Virus record (IMG/VR): IMGVR_UViG_3300005805_000251
Location: 1-34,618 of that record
Length of the DNA stretch: 34,618 bases
Direction: 5' to 3' (one strand)
Origin: a virus
Lineage: Duplodnaviria; Caudoviricetes
The notes below the pieces were generated by a model. It worked only from the letters and a program-made list of their open reading frames with translations. It was not told the origin of the DNA and made no database searches. This document shows, one piece after another, positions 26,875-34,618 of the stretch. Position numbers and translations under genes: made by a program. Position 1 is the first letter of the stretch; each line of letters opens with the position of its first letter.

Positions 26875-27054
26875 ATGGAAAAAGCAGACCTTGTTATAAC
26901 TGCCCTACAGCAAAGAATTGGCGAAATAGTTTCAAACTATGAAACACAAGTTGCAATACTTAGGGCAGAAGTGACCACACTTATTAACGAAAAAGAGGAA
27001 CGTGAAAAAGCTATTCAAGACTACAAAGACAGTCTTAATATCGAGTCCAACTAA
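26875..27054 (+). CDS. Small coiled-coil hypothetical protein (59 aa), absent from the ORF track
   Basis: ATG 26875 to TAA 27054 reads MEKADLVITALQQRIGEIVSNYETQVAILRAEVTTLINEKEEREKAIQDYKDSLNIESN. It fills the gap and starts 2 nt after the previous stop. Confidence 0.75.
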   Translation: MEKADLVITALQQRIGEIVSNYETQVAILRAEVTTLINEKEEREKAIQDYKDSLNIESN

Positions 27055-27400
27055 TTTTCCATCTGGTCTTGCAGTAAAAACCGATAAGGCTACTTACTGG
27101 ATAAAAGATGGAAAAAAATATAGGCTTATTTCAGATAGGGCTGCCGACTCATGGTCCTTCTCTACAGTAAATGCACTTGAGTCTGCATTGTCTGGTTTTA
27201 AGCTGGCAGGCAAATTAGGTTTTCGTGACGGCACTTTGATAAAAAATATATCAGATGGTAAGATATATTTAATATCTCAAAATAAAAGAAGGCACGTAAC
27301 TAGCCCAGACATATTTGATAATTTTGGATTAGATAGGTCTAAGATTATTGAGGTCGGAGAAGAAGAAGTAAATATGCATGATTTGGGAGAAAATTTATGA
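27002..27400 (+). CDS. Hypothetical protein with two internal repeats (possible cell-surface-binding module)
   Basis: SGLAVKTDKATYWIKDGKKYRLIS aligns by eye with DGTLIKNISDGKIYLISQNKRRHVTS. Confidence 0.6.
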   Translation: MKKLFKTTKTVLISSPTNFPSGLAVKTDKATYWIKDGKKYRLISDRAADSWSFSTVNALESALSGFKLAGKLGFRDGTLIKNISDGKIYLISQNKRRHVTSPDIFDNFGLDRSKIIEVGEEEVNMHDLGENL

Positions 27401-27849
27401 CACAAGAATACAGTTTAGCATTTAATGAGGGAGAACCAATTGATGCTACTAAATTACAAAAATTAGTTACATTTTTAAATGAAGTAAATGCTGCTGCCCT
27501 TAAAATGCCAAGCGGAACAGACATAGCCCAAGACGTAGTGTCAGCAGTTATGACTATGGGAGTAAGCCCTAATAATGAAATAAAGTTTTCTGCAGATGCA
27601 GTACCAGTTTCAGTTAAATTCGATCCACCATTAAACAATAAGCCAAGATCGGTTATAGTTACACTAGAATGTCCAAGTGATGATATGGACCTTCTTTGCT
27701 ATTTAAAAAATTATGATAAAAACGGATGTACAGTTATGATCAATAGAGTTTCTGGCGCAGAATCGGCAGGAAAAGCTGGAGTAGCCAAGGATAGAGTCTA
27801 TAACGTTAAAATACATTATTTTGCAATAGCACAAAAAACAATCGCTTGA
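27397..27849 (+). CDS. Hypothetical protein, possibly a short tail-associated protein with an H-type lectin-like C-terminus
   Basis: N-terminal FNEGEPIDATKLQ resembles fibre attachment motifs; the C-terminus reads VSVKFDPPLNNKPRSVIVT...IHYFAIA. Confidence 0.45.
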   Translation: MTQEYSLAFNEGEPIDATKLQKLVTFLNEVNAAALKMPSGTDIAQDVVSAVMTMGVSPNNEIKFSADAVPVSVKFDPPLNNKPRSVIVTLECPSDDMDLLCYLKNYDKNGCTVMINRVSGAESAGKAGVAKDRVYNVKIHYFAIAQKTIA

Positions 27850-27873
27850 CAGACAGAAATTTTATGTTACACT
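27846..27873 (+). promoter_or_regulatory. Promoter at the start of the non-structural module
   Basis: TTGACA (27846-27851), 16-nt spacer, TACACT (27868-27873), with a TG extension. Followed by the hairpin GTAGCA-N6-TGCTAC (27881-27898). Confidence 0.68.
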
Positions 27874-27918
27874 TACCAAAGTAGCATAAGGTTGCTACAC
27901 ATATTGATAGAAAGAATT

Positions 27919-28608
27919 ATGAGTAGCGAAACTATTGCACCAGGTATAGTTAAATTTAATATAGATAAAAATTTAGCTACAAAAATACTAGAAGATCTTA
28001 AGTCATGCGACAATGATTATTGGGTAAAAGCTTCTACTATAGGAGAAGCGCTTGAAAACCATAGTCACAAATATTTAATTAGAAACTCAGATATTTTAAA
28101 TTTCTTAGAAAAATTTCCAGATTTAAATAGACAATTAGATTTTGAAATGAACAATATTTTGTTTAAATATAAATTACAATATATGGATACTGAAGTTCAA
28201 ATGAATTCTAAAGAAATTTTTTCTGCATTAAGATATTCTCCTGGTGGATTTTATAAAATGCATTGCGATACTTCTCCATACATGTACAGAACAGTATCAT
28301 GTTTGGTTTATTTAAATCCAGATGAATATGAAGGTGGGGAAACATTTTTTAAATATTTTGATTTAAACTATAAGCCAAAAGATGCTAGCATCTTAATTTT
28401 CCCAAGCAATTATATCTATGCACATTCTGCAATGCCAGTATCATCTGGAATTAAATATGTATTGACAAACTGGTATAGTGATTTATTACCTATGAATGAA
28501 AAAGGAATTGGTTTTAAAAACATATCAATATTAAATAAAGAAAATATAGTCGAAATCGACGGAAAAAAATATTTTAAGTTTCCTGTAGGAGGACACATTG
28601 TCAAATGA
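27919..28608 (+). CDS. 2OG-Fe(II) dioxygenase, prolyl 4-hydroxylase-like (start revised to 27919)
   Basis: RYSPGGFYKMHCD (HxD at 28261-28269), RTVSCLVYLN..EYEGGETFF, and ILIFPS...HSAMPVSSGIKY (distal His plus 2OG-binding Lys). Confidence 0.9.
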   Translation: MSSETIAPGIVKFNIDKNLATKILEDLKSCDNDYWVKASTIGEALENHSHKYLIRNSDILNFLEKFPDLNRQLDFEMNNILFKYKLQYMDTEVQMNSKEIFSALRYSPGGFYKMHCDTSPYMYRTVSCLVYLNPDEYEGGETFFKYFDLNYKPKDASILIFPSNYIYAHSAMPVSSGIKYVLTNWYSDLLPMNEKGIGFKNISILNKENIVEIDGKKYFKFPVGGHIVK

Positions 28609-29401
28609 TTTAAAGTGGATGCTCTCATCCGATCAGCAGTTCCCATATCAAGACGATAAAATGATTGAGCTATGGTTTAAAGTAATGAAATGGTTCAAGC
28701 CAGATGTTGTAGATTATCTTGGAGATACGGATGATCAAGCATGCTACAGTAAGTATACAGAAGGACGATCTGCAGAATTTTTAAATCTATATAAAACTGA
28801 CAGTGCTGATTTAATTATTCCAACGATGAGGCATGAAGCAAAAGGCGCAAGAGATTTTTATACTAAAACCCGTGAGATGTTGCCAGATGCACAGCTGTTC
28901 TCTGCTTTAGGTAATCACGACATTAGAGTTTTTAATTATGTAGACGCAAAATTACCAGACTATATATCAGAAGTAACCCCAGAAGCTTTGTGGAATCTAG
29001 ACTCATTAGGATACGAATACATATTCTATGACTCACTACCAAAGCGTAGATTTGGAGATATACATGTGCACCATGGAATTTCTATTACCGTTACAGGATC
29101 AGTTAGAAAAGATATGGAAGATATGCAAGTGTCGTTGATACGTGGACATTCACATAGAATTGCATCTCACATGGTTACATATGAACTTAGAAATAACGGC
29201 GCAGGAGAAACACTGCGTGGTTATGAGATTGGGCATATGTGTGATGAGAAGGGTCCAGGAATGAAGTACACTCAACACCATGACTGGCAAAAAGGATTTG
29301 CAATTGCTCATATTGAAAATGGAGAATATCCACATATTCAAATGATTCACGTTTCCCCAGATTATTCATGCGTAGTAGACGGAAAACTTTTTAAGCTATG
29401 A
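28598..29401 (+). CDS. Calcineurin-like metallophosphoesterase
   Basis: Motifs SDQQ, LGDTDD, GNHD, HHG and GHSH in the canonical order. TTG start with SD AGGAGG. Confidence 0.88.
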   Translation: MSNDLKWMLSSDQQFPYQDDKMIELWFKVMKWFKPDVVDYLGDTDDQACYSKYTEGRSAEFLNLYKTDSADLIIPTMRHEAKGARDFYTKTREMLPDAQLFSALGNHDIRVFNYVDAKLPDYISEVTPEALWNLDSLGYEYIFYDSLPKRRFGDIHVHHGISITVTGSVRKDMEDMQVSLIRGHSHRIASHMVTYELRNNGAGETLRGYEIGHMCDEKGPGMKYTQHHDWQKGFAIAHIENGEYPHIQMIHVSPDYSCVVDGKLFKL

Positions 29402-29586
29402 TGATATGTGAAAGATGTGGAGGAAGAATATTTGTAGATAGAGTATTCTCTCAAAAACTTCATATTGAACTATTTTGCCTCATGTGCGGTAAAAGGTGGA
29501 TGTTAAATAAGGATACTAATAGGTTGGGCAAATGGTTGGAAAACAGAGAAAAAGAATATCAAAAAGATTTCTCTATTTCTTCTTAA
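29398..29586 (+). CDS. Small Zn-ribbon protein
   Basis: CERCGG...CLMCG (two CxxC pairs); ATGA overlap with the upstream gene. Confidence 0.75.
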   Translation: MMICERCGGRIFVDRVFSQKLHIELFCLMCGKRWMLNKDTNRLGKWLENREKEYQKDFSISS

Positions 29587-30014
29587 ATGGTAAGATCCAT
29601 AAAGTTTTAAGAAGCAATAGGTCCAAAGATGAAGTAATTGCTTGGTGTTACCCAGAGAATAAAAGAATGTTATATCCATATTCTCAAGTAAAAAAGTATA
29701 TGGAAAATGCATACTCGGTTGCTGAGGTTGCCAAGATATTAGATAGGCATAAGGTTACTATAGAAGAATATATTCTGGAGGGCAAAATAAAAATGCCCCA
29801 AAGAATATATCCAATAAGTAATCCTGAAAGCTCTTGGTCTAAATTTATGTTTAGCGAATCTGATATATTAGACCTGCATCAATTTATATTAGATTCAGGA
29901 TATGTTAAAGAATTGCCATCAAGAAATGAATTAAAGGCTCTTCTCAAAAATAATGTTATATTGTATACTAAGGTTGAAGAAGGAAAGTTTGTCCCAGTCT
30001 GGAAGGCGGAATAA
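29532..30014 (+). CDS. Helix-turn-helix DNA-binding protein (excisionase/MerR-like HTH)
   Basis: YSVAEVAKILDRHKVTIEEYILEGKI...FMFSESDI. Confidence 0.72.
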   Translation: MVGKQRKRISKRFLYFFLNGKIHKVLRSNRSKDEVIAWCYPENKRMLYPYSQVKKYMENAYSVAEVAKILDRHKVTIEEYILEGKIKMPQRIYPISNPESSWSKFMFSESDILDLHQFILDSGYVKELPSRNELKALLKNNVILYTKVEEGKFVPVWKAE

Positions 30015-30220
30015 TGGATACAAAAGTAAAGGTAGATTTATCGTTTACTAGAAACTTAGGTAATTACGAAAGCATAAAAATTGGAGTAGGTGTTGAAGAT
30101 TGGGTTCGTGATGGAGAGAATGTAGACTCTGCTACGGAACGTGTTTATAAATTTGTAGAAGATAAATTAGTACAAAAAACTCGTGAGATAGAAGAGGAAT
30201 TAAGTGGCGGTAAAAAGTAA
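30014..30220 (+). CDS. Conserved-type phage hypothetical protein
   Basis: 68 aa, translationally coupled. The 'TRNLGNYESIKI' motif recalls small phage proteins of unknown function. Confidence 0.65.
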   Translation: MDTKVKVDLSFTRNLGNYESIKIGVGVEDWVRDGENVDSATERVYKFVEDKLVQKTREIEEELSGGKK

Positions 30221-30527
30221 AGAGCCATACGTACTGATTACTATGTATGAGACATTATACTTTCAAAAATATAACAAAAAGCCACGCCTAAATAAGTTTC
30301 GTGAGAAATGGGCTATGCAAGATGTAATAGATAGTGTAGGATATGATCGTGCCAAAGAACTGTTGGAATATTATTTTAAGACCAGCAAATCTGGGCACCC
30401 ACTTAATTTCTTTTTCTATAACTTTGATAGGATAGATCAAGTAGAATCAGAGGCAAGGCGAGATAAAGCAAATAGGGCTATGCTACGAGAGCAGACCAAG
30501 AAGTTAGTAGAAGGCGGACAAGAGTGA
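30204..30527 (+). CDS. Hypothetical protein (replication module)
   Basis: 107 aa, GTG start after GAGGA, overlapping the helicase start (GTGA). Confidence 0.65.
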   Translation: MAVKSKEPYVLITMYETLYFQKYNKKPRLNKFREKWAMQDVIDSVGYDRAKELLEYYFKTSKSGHPLNFFFYNFDRIDQVESEARRDKANRAMLREQTKKLVEGGQE

Positions 30528-31777
30528 ATATAGAAGCAAAAGTAATTACAGCAGTATGTAAGAATAAAGATATAAGCACATTGCTTGCCGCAAATGTAGA
30601 TGAACTTTTTACAGCATATCGTGATGTATGGGAAAGCTTAAAAAGTTATTATTATAAGTTTAAAGCTGTACCAGAAATTGGAATCATTATGGAAAGGCAT
30701 AAAGATTTCGAGCCAGTAAATGATGTTAAAGCAGAAACTGGTTATTATTTAGATCAACTTAAGAATGAATATATTGCAAGCAGACTAAAGACAATTATTT
30801 TACAAGCAGGCGCATCATTAAAAGAAGATTCAGCAGCTAGAGTGTTAGCAGATATCCAAGGAAAGCTTGCTGGTTTAAGCAGGCATACCAATAATATTCG
30901 TGATATTGATTTAACAGATATAGAGCTAGCTGAGCAACATTTTGCTAATGTAAAAGATAGGTCTGCTGCAATGGGAGGAAGTCCAGGAATTACTACTGGG
31001 ATAGAGGCAATTGATAAAGCATATCCTACAGGAATGGCTCCAGGACATTTAATTGTCGCTATTGGTTGGCCAGGCAAAGGAAAGACATGGTTTACTTCTT
31101 ATCTTGCATGCAAGGCGTGGGAGCAAGGATTTAAGCCTATGATTATATCTCTTGAAATGTCGCCAGAAAATATGCGTGACCGTATTTATACAATCATGGG
31201 ATCTGGATTATTTCGTAACAGCGATTTTTCAAAAGGCGATATTAATATTGATGACTTTAGGTCTTGGGGAAAGAAAAGATTTGAAAATAAAAATGGATTT
31301 ATTTTAGTGTCTAACGAAGGTCTTGCTGACGTTACACCAGCAGTCGTACAGGGTAAAATAGATCAGCATAAGCCAGACTTAGTAATTTTAGATTACCACC
31401 AGCTATTTAACGATAATAAGCGAAGCAACTCTGAAGTTGAGCGTAACCGTAATATCTCTCGTGAATTCAAATTGCTTGCTGTTTCAAACAACATTCCGAT
31501 TGTCGATATCACCGCTGCAACGGCAGACGACATATCGGACCAAGACGAGCCGCCAATGATGAGTCAAGTTGCATGGTCTAAAGCTATTGAATATGATGCT
31601 GACATGGCTATGGCTATTCATAGATATCCTAATACAAATATGATTGAGGTGGTAAGCAGAAAGAATCGACATGGACATGAGTTTGACTTCTATCTAGATT
31701 GGGATATCAACAGAGGTATTATCAAGCCTATCTATGAAAATCTACCAGATATGAAGAATGATACACAGGCCAATTAA
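30524..31777 (+). CDS. dnaB: Replicative DNA helicase, DnaB-like (SF4)
   Basis: Walker A GWPGKGKT, ISLEMS, Walker B LVILDY, ISREFKLLA, AIEYDAD and KNRHG. Confidence 0.93.
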   Translation: MNIEAKVITAVCKNKDISTLLAANVDELFTAYRDVWESLKSYYYKFKAVPEIGIIMERHKDFEPVNDVKAETGYYLDQLKNEYIASRLKTIILQAGASLKEDSAARVLADIQGKLAGLSRHTNNIRDIDLTDIELAEQHFANVKDRSAAMGGSPGITTGIEAIDKAYPTGMAPGHLIVAIGWPGKGKTWFTSYLACKAWEQGFKPMIISLEMSPENMRDRIYTIMGSGLFRNSDFSKGDINIDDFRSWGKKRFENKNGFILVSNEGLADVTPAVVQGKIDQHKPDLVILDYHQLFNDNKRSNSEVERNRNISREFKLLAVSNNIPIVDITAATADDISDQDEPPMMSQVAWSKAIEYDADMAMAIHRYPNTNMIEVVSRKNRHGHEFDFYLDWDINRGIIKPIYENLPDMKNDTQAN

Positions 31778-32057
31778 AAGATTTCAGGTAAAGGTGCAAT
31801 TCGCTGATGACTCTGATATGATCAGAGTTAAAAATCAGTACGATAACTTATTAACTCATGATATGAGAATAAAAGGTTATGCTAGGGTGCTTGACATAGA
31901 CACAGCTTTTTCGGTAGAATTCACAGGTGAGACGTGGAAGTTTATAATGACTATCCATGGAATTTATGTAGGAAAGAAGAAAGCATGGCAATCAGAGGGG
32001 ATTACACAGGGCAAGCTGATACCTCGCTCTATACACCAAGCCACATCAAAGCAATAG
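31758..32057 (+). CDS. Hypothetical protein between helicase and primase
   Basis: 99-aa ORF filling the gap and overlapping both neighbours. Confidence 0.62.
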   Translation: MIHRPIKRFQVKVQFADDSDMIRVKNQYDNLLTHDMRIKGYARVLDIDTAFSVEFTGETWKFIMTIHGIYVGKKKAWQSEGITQGKLIPRSIHQATSKQ

Positions 32058-32983
32058 TAAAAGGTCTAGGCCTAAATATTGTTGGCGAATCTAATGATAA
32101 CCTTGTTTTATTTTGTCCATTTCATAACAATACCCACACCCCATGTTTCTACATCAGTGAACGCACAGGTGCTTGGCTATGCTTCAATCCCGCATGCGGT
32201 GAGTCTGGGGGTGTAAAAGAATTAGTAAAAAAAATATTGGGTAAAAATGAGTTTGAAGTTTTAAGATTTATATTGTCTAAAAAAACCGAAGCTGACAATG
32301 CTTTTGAAGACACATTAAATTCTTTATTTGAAGAGAAGCCAGACTTTGAAGAGTTCCCACAATTAACTTTAGATAACCTATATAATGAATTAGGACAATC
32401 AAAATTAGCTAAAGAGTATTTTATTAATCGTGGCATTAACGAGGAATCCATGCATTACTTTAATCTAGGATATTCTAGCAAAATGGATATGGTAATCGTT
32501 CCCGTGCACAGTCCAGACGGAGTTCCAGTAGGATTAGTAGGAAGATCAATAAAAGAAAAAAGATTTAAAAATAGTACGAACTTGCCGAAAAATAAAACTA
32601 TGTTTAATATTCATAGAGCAAAGAAGATAGGCGAGAACGTTGTAATAGTGGAATCTAGCTTCGATGCAATCCGTGTGCATCAGGCTGGGTTCTCTAATGT
32701 AGTAGCAACTTTAGGTGGACATTTGTCTAAAGAAAATATTTCTTTGTTAAATAAATACTTTAATAGAATAATAATTATGACGGATGCAGATTTAGCTGGC
32801 AGAGAATTAGGCTTAAGCATAGCTAATAGATTAAGAAATAAAGACATCTTGTGGGCCTCATATGAATATGGTAAGATATATCCACATGATGCAAAAGATG
32901 CAGGCGATATGTCTGAAAAAGAAATTATTGCATGTATCAAAAACGCAGTTTCCGATATCGAATATCGATCTTGGAACCCATGA
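31985..32983 (+). CDS. dnaG: DNA primase (Zn-binding + Toprim); start revised to ATG 31985
   Basis: CPFH...TPCF...WLCFNPACG zinc domain, YFINRGI, VGRSI, IVESSFDAI and MTDADLAG Toprim motifs, and KDAGD. Confidence 0.9.
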   Translation: MAIRGDYTGQADTSLYTPSHIKAIVKGLGLNIVGESNDNLVLFCPFHNNTHTPCFYISERTGAWLCFNPACGESGGVKELVKKILGKNEFEVLRFILSKKTEADNAFEDTLNSLFEEKPDFEEFPQLTLDNLYNELGQSKLAKEYFINRGINEESMHYFNLGYSSKMDMVIVPVHSPDGVPVGLVGRSIKEKRFKNSTNLPKNKTMFNIHRAKKIGENVVIVESSFDAIRVHQAGFSNVVATLGGHLSKENISLLNKYFNRIIIMTDADLAGRELGLSIANRLRNKDILWASYEYGKIYPHDAKDAGDMSEKEIIACIKNAVSDIEYRSWNP

Positions 32984-32989
32984 TATAAT
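32981..32989 (+). promoter_or_regulatory. Extended -10 promoter upstream of SSB
   Basis: TGATATAAT overlaps the primase stop; SD AAGGAG precedes ATG 33037. Confidence 0.58.
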
Positions 32990-33036
32990 GAAAGAACAGA
33001 CGGATATATACCGTCAACTATAAAGGAGAAATAAAT

Positions 33037-33705
33037 ATGGGTATCGTAAAAGGTCTAAAAGACTTAAATAAGGCTTTAGATAAGCCTCACTCATCTGGAG
33101 ATGGGTCAAAGGCAAAGTGGGTAAAGCTAGAAGACGGAGAAAGCGTAAAGATTCGTTTCCTTCAGGAGCTAGATCCAGATTCGCCAAGCTATAATGAAAA
33201 ATTAGGACTAGGATTTATTGCAGTAGAACATACAAATCCTAAAGATTATCGTCGCAAAGCTCTTTGCACAATGGACGATCAAGGTAAATGCTATGGATGC
33301 GAGCAGCATCGTAAGGACTATAAGGCTGGATGGAAAGGTCGCTCACGACTTTATATTAATGTTCTTGTAGATGACGGCAAAGAAGATCCCTATGTAGCAA
33401 TACTTTCGCAGGGATCCAGCGGCAAGACTGTTACACCTACACTAATTGAATACGCAGGAGAAATGGGATCAATCACAAATCTTATGTGGCGTATTAAAAG
33501 AACAGGCGAAAAAACAGATACAAGCTATACAATAATTCCTCTTGCAAAAGATGAAACTAAATTTGATACTTCATCACTATCTCTATATAAATTAGAAGAA
33601 ACTGCTGTACGTGATTTGCCATACGCAGATCAAGAGGCTTTTTTTAATGGGGAAAGTGCACAAGGAGAATCTGAGTCTGCAACTAGCAGCAACTTAGACT
33701 GGTAA
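33037..33705 (+). CDS. Single-stranded DNA-binding protein, T4 gp32-like
   Basis: KLEDGESVKIRFL, a H..C..CxxC putative Zn site, IKRTGEKTDTSY, and an acidic C-terminal tail ending LDW. Located between primase and polymerase. Confidence 0.75.
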   Translation: MGIVKGLKDLNKALDKPHSSGDGSKAKWVKLEDGESVKIRFLQELDPDSPSYNEKLGLGFIAVEHTNPKDYRRKALCTMDDQGKCYGCEQHRKDYKAGWKGRSRLYINVLVDDGKEDPYVAILSQGSSGKTVTPTLIEYAGEMGSITNLMWRIKRTGEKTDTSYTIIPLAKDETKFDTSSLSLYKLEETAVRDLPYADQEAFFNGESAQGESESATSSNLDW

Positions 33706-33711
33706 AATTGT

Positions 33712-33731
33712 TGGGGGTCTTCGGGCCCCCA
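33712..33731 (+). terminator. Stable cUUCGg hairpin (terminator/attenuator or mRNA stabiliser)
   Basis: TGGGGGTC-TTCG-GGCCCCCA between SSB and dnaE; no U-tract follows. Confidence 0.55.
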
Positions 33732-33745
33732 CATAAAAGGCGGTT

Positions 33746-34618
33746 ATGGATTTCATACATTTGCATGTACATTCACATTATTCTATGATGGATGGACTCA
33801 ACTCACCAGAAGAATTAGTAAAGCAAGCTAAAATAATAGGCATGCCAGCAATTGCTATAACAGATCATGGCACATTGTCTTCTCATCGTGAAATGCAAAT
33901 TGCCTGTGAACAATATGGAGTAAAGCCAATACTTGGTGTCGAAGCGTATATATCTCCCACAGATAGATTTGATAGATCTGCTTTCAAAGATAAAAGCATA
34001 CAGGCATATAATCATATAATTCTTCTTGCTAAAAATAAAAAAGGCTTACAAAATATACATAGGCTTCAAGAAATAGCGTGGACAGAAGGATTTTATTCTA
34101 AGCCACGAATAGACAAGGAGGTTCTTAAACAATATGCTGAAGGTATTATTATTCTTTCTGGATGTCTTAATGGCCTTGCTGCTAAAGCTATCGAAAGAGG
34201 TGAATTGGAAGAAGCCAAACTTATACTCAAGGAATTTAAACAATCTTTTGGTGAAGACTTTTATATCGAAACGCAAGCTCACAACCCGCCTGAGATCAAC
34301 TCAGCGCTACTACAAATAGCAGATGAACTTGAAATTAAGCCAGTTGCCACAGCTGATGCACACTACGCAAAAGAGGAAGACAGACTTTTAGAAGAAGCAT
34401 TATTAATTATTTCTACTAATCCTAAAGTAAATAAAGAGGCTGACTTTGAAATATCTAGACAGATGAGAGATTTGGGCGACAGGTTCGATTACTTATACCC
34501 AGATAGAAGAATGACATTTAAGGGAATGAATTTATTTTTACAGACTAGAAAAGAAATTGAGGCGGATTTTAAAAAGGTTGGCATAAATAGAACTGACATA
34601 TTTGATAATACCCTAGAG
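33746..34618 (+). CDS. dnaE: DNA polymerase III alpha subunit (PHP domain; 3' truncated by window)
   Basis: MDFIHLHVHSHYSMMDG...AIAITDHG...GVKPILGVEAY...HIILLAKN...GFYSKPRID...LSGCLNG...VATADAHY; open to the window end. Not in the ORF track. Confidence 0.95.
   Translation, partial: MDFIHLHVHSHYSMMDGLNSPEELVKQAKIIGMPAIAITDHGTLSSHREMQIACEQYGVKPILGVEAYISPTDRFDRSAFKDKSIQAYNHIILLAKNKKGLQNIHRLQEIAWTEGFYSKPRIDKEVLKQYAEGIIILSGCLNGLAAKAIERGELEEAKLILKEFKQSFGEDFYIETQAHNPPEINSALLQIADELEIKPVATADAHYAKEEDRLLEEALLIISTNPKVNKEADFEISRQMRDLGDRFDYLYPDRRMTFKGMNLFLQTRKEIEADFKKVGINRTDIFDNTLE

Noticed and set aside
29532-30014. Excisionase implying a prophage or temperate lifestyle
   Set aside because: Only a generic HTH similarity. 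No integrase, att site, repressor or host genes are present in the window.
552-34319. Other minus-strand and short alternate-frame ORFs in the track (e.g. 1738..2085, 2725..3051, 10553..10942, 30754..31077, 33815..34015, 34134..34319)
   Set aside because: Each lies wholly or almost wholly within a well-supported + strand gene and shows no recognisable motifs.
1-34618. Stop-codon reassignment
   Set aside because: Standard code 11 gives full-length, tightly packed genes ending in TAA, TAG and TGA.
30524-34618. Inteins or introns in helicase, primase or DnaE
   Set aside because: Protein lengths are compact, motifs are contiguous, and I see no intein or homing endonuclease signatures in the visible portion.

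Overview
This window is a contiguous, AT-rich (roughly 35% GC by eye) segment of a tailed dsDNA phage genome with siphovirus-type organisation, and all credible genes lie on the + strand. The order is: portal (3' end), prohead protease with a nested scaffold, major capsid, head-tail connector genes, major tail protein, tail assembly chaperone with a -1 frameshift, a 2524-aa tape measure protein, tail tip/baseplate genes, two large FN3/Ig-rich fibre or adhesin proteins and several small genes. These are followed by a 2OG-Fe(II) oxygenase, a metallophosphoesterase, Zn-ribbon and HTH genes, a DnaB-like helicase, primase, a gp32-like SSB and DnaE (truncated at the window end). The gene order, the phage-encoded DnaE and the leaderless promoters suggest a large actinophage of a low-GC, possibly freshwater, actinobacterial host; this is inference. 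The most notable observations are: (1) the tape measure C-terminus looks like an array of cassettes delimited by 'K-L/M-x-x-G-G' motifs, one of which carries a GNAT acetyltransferase-like domain; (2) a (PFFPFFP)4 repeat in a fibre protein lies about 1.7 kb upstream of a prolyl-4-hydroxylase-like gene; (3) a clean CCCAAAC -1 frameshift and a nested in-frame scaffold start. I recognised no tRNA, CRISPR array, integrase or lysis cassette. All product calls come from motif recognition and synteny, not database searches.
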